24,570 nt of DNA, from contig CAYTXB010000001.1 of the NCBI GenBank assembly GCA_964440895.1, positions 1-24,570 on the forward strand, written 5' to 3'. The number at the start of each line of letters is the position of its first letter. The stretch's first letter is position 1. Both the position numbers and the translations under genes were made by a program. Under the pieces are notes generated by a model. That model was given only the letters and a program-made list of their open reading frames with translations. It made no database searches and was not told the DNA's origin. Positions 23,781-24,570 of the stretch are shown in pieces. This DNA comes from an uncultured Dehalococcoidales bacterium. Lineage in GTDB: Bacteria; Chloroflexota; Dehalococcoidia; Lucifugimonadales; Lucifugimonadaceae.

Positions 23781-23873
23781 TGGCGGAGAGAGGGGGATTC
23801 GAACCCCCGGTTCCAATATTATTGGAACACGAGCTTTCCAGGCCCGCCTATTAAACCGCTCTAGCATCTCTCC
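23781..23873 (-). tRNA. tRNA-Ser, anticodon GGA, class II long variable arm, CCA encoded
   Basis: Reverse complement: GGAGAGA acceptor pairing with TCTCTCC, G73, CCA; anticodon stem CGGGC/GCTCG with loop CT-GGA-AA (anticodon at 23839-23837); variable arm GTTCCAAT-AAT-ATTGGAAC; T arm GGGGG-TTCGAAT-CCCCC. Confidence 0.98.
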
Positions 23874-23928
23874 TTAAAAAATTTTATTAGTTTATAAAAA
23901 ATGTTATTCTACCTCTCTAAATAAATTT

Positions 23929-24570
23929 ATGAATAAATTAGAAGAAGAAAAATTTAAATCTGCTGGCATAAATATTATTGATCCAGCCACAACATTTATT
24001 GATTCTACAGTAAAATTTGTTGGCAGTGGTATTACAATAAATCCTAACACTCACCTCAAAGGTGATACTAAAATTAATTCAAATTGTAATATTGGGCCTA
24101 ACAGTTTTTTGCATGATGCAGTTATAAATAAAAATTCTAAAGTTATTTTTTCTTTCATAGAAAATAGCTTAGTAGGTGAAAATTGTGAAATTGGTCCATA
24201 TTCAAGGATAAGAAATAAATCATCTTTAGAAAACAATGTGGTTGTTGGGAATTTTGCCGAAATTAAAAATAGTTCGATTGGTAAAAATTCAAAAATTAAT
24301 CATTATTGCTATATTGGTGATGCAGTTATTGGTTCTGAAGTAAATATTGGGGCGGGAGTTGTTACTTGTAATTACAATGGCAAAATAAAATCTTCAACTC
24401 AAATCGGTGATAATTGTTTTATAGGCTCTTCAACAATGCTTATAGCTCCACTAAAAATAGGTAATGATTCTATAACTGGTGCAGGTTCTGTTGTAACTAA
24501 AGATATTGGCAGTTTTGTTACTGTAGTTGGCAATCCAGCAAAAATATTGGATAATTCTAAAAATCAATGA
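23929..24570 (+). CDS. glmU: Stand-alone GlmU C-terminal domain (glucosamine-1-phosphate N-acetyltransferase-like, left-handed beta-helix)
   Basis: 213 aa ending in TGA at 24568-24570; GINIIDPATTFID, IGPYSRIR, GNFAEIKNS, INHYCYIGDA, NIGAGVVTCNYNG, FIGSSTMLIAP, GAGSVVTKD. No nucleotidyltransferase domain. Confidence 0.88.
   Translation: MNKLEEEKFKSAGINIIDPATTFIDSTVKFVGSGITINPNTHLKGDTKINSNCNIGPNSFLHDAVINKNSKVIFSFIENSLVGENCEIGPYSRIRNKSSLENNVVVGNFAEIKNSSIGKNSKINHYCYIGDAVIGSEVNIGAGVVTCNYNGKIKSSTQIGDNCFIGSSTMLIAPLKIGNDSITGAGSVVTKDIGSFVTVVGNPAKILDNSKNQ

Noticed and set aside
23781-23873. Long 8-bp variable arm raised the possibility of tRNA-Sec or a suppressor tRNA
   Set aside because: The anticodon is GGA, the acceptor stem is 7 bp and the discriminator is G73. 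This is an ordinary class II tRNA-Ser.
20484-23873. Tyrosine recombinase near a tRNA 3' end, suggesting an integrative element
   Set aside because: The protein is Xer-like, separated from the tRNA by topA and embedded in core genes. I saw no duplicated tRNA 3' end (att site) or compositional shift.
713-24236. Short track ORFs 713-1027(+), 3025-3330(+), 5458-5655(-), 5944-6210(-), 13409-13693(-), 14243-14581(-), 14553-14786(-), 14557-14808(+), 16341-16580(-), 17551-17868(+), 23322-23537(+), 23512-23712(+), 24051-24236(-)
   Set aside because: All lie antisense to, or out of frame within, well-supported genes. They show Ser/Ile/Phe/Leu-rich shadow composition and no recognisable motifs.
1-24570. 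CRISPR array, IS element, prophage, rRNA, riboswitch or a novel multi-gene accessory system
   Set aside because: I saw no repeat-spacer periodicity, transposase or terminal inverted repeats. Every gene maps to a known family, and all intergenic gaps are under 150 nt, leaving little room for unexplained elements.

Overview
This is a gene-dense, strongly AT-rich (under about 30% GC by eye, not computed) core-genome window from a streamlined bacterium. The ClpP N-terminus ([15 protein letters not shown]), the insertion in ACP and the rpmF-fabD-nusB-acpP order suggest Chloroflexota, Dehalococcoidia/SAR202-like (inference). It holds 26 supportable CDS, with accD cut by the left edge, plus one tRNA-Ser(GGA). 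The order is accD<ftsK<acpP<nusB<fabD<rpmF | ruvC>ruvA>ruvB> | <ABC<ABC | rimI> | <fdx<HesB-like | Lrp>bioY>aspS>tig>clpP> | <xseB<xseA<efp<pepP<aroQ<xerC<topA <tRNA-Ser | glmU-C>. I see no mobile element, CRISPR array, defence system or accessory island, and no evidence for a new multi-gene system. The interest lies in unusual versions of housekeeping proteins. The main ones are an EF-P whose PGKG tip is replaced by a proline-rich KPPKAPP loop, a stand-alone GlmU acetyltransferase domain without the uridyltransferase half, and an A-type Fe-S carrier homolog lacking the N-terminal Cys but carrying a Gly/Cys tail. Smaller oddities are a degenerate trigger-factor PPIase site, altered motifs in AccD, NusB, RuvA, AspRS, AroQ and TopA, and a clpP promoter region with overlapping inverted repeats. 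Comparisons with reference proteins come from recalled consensus motifs, not from computed alignments.
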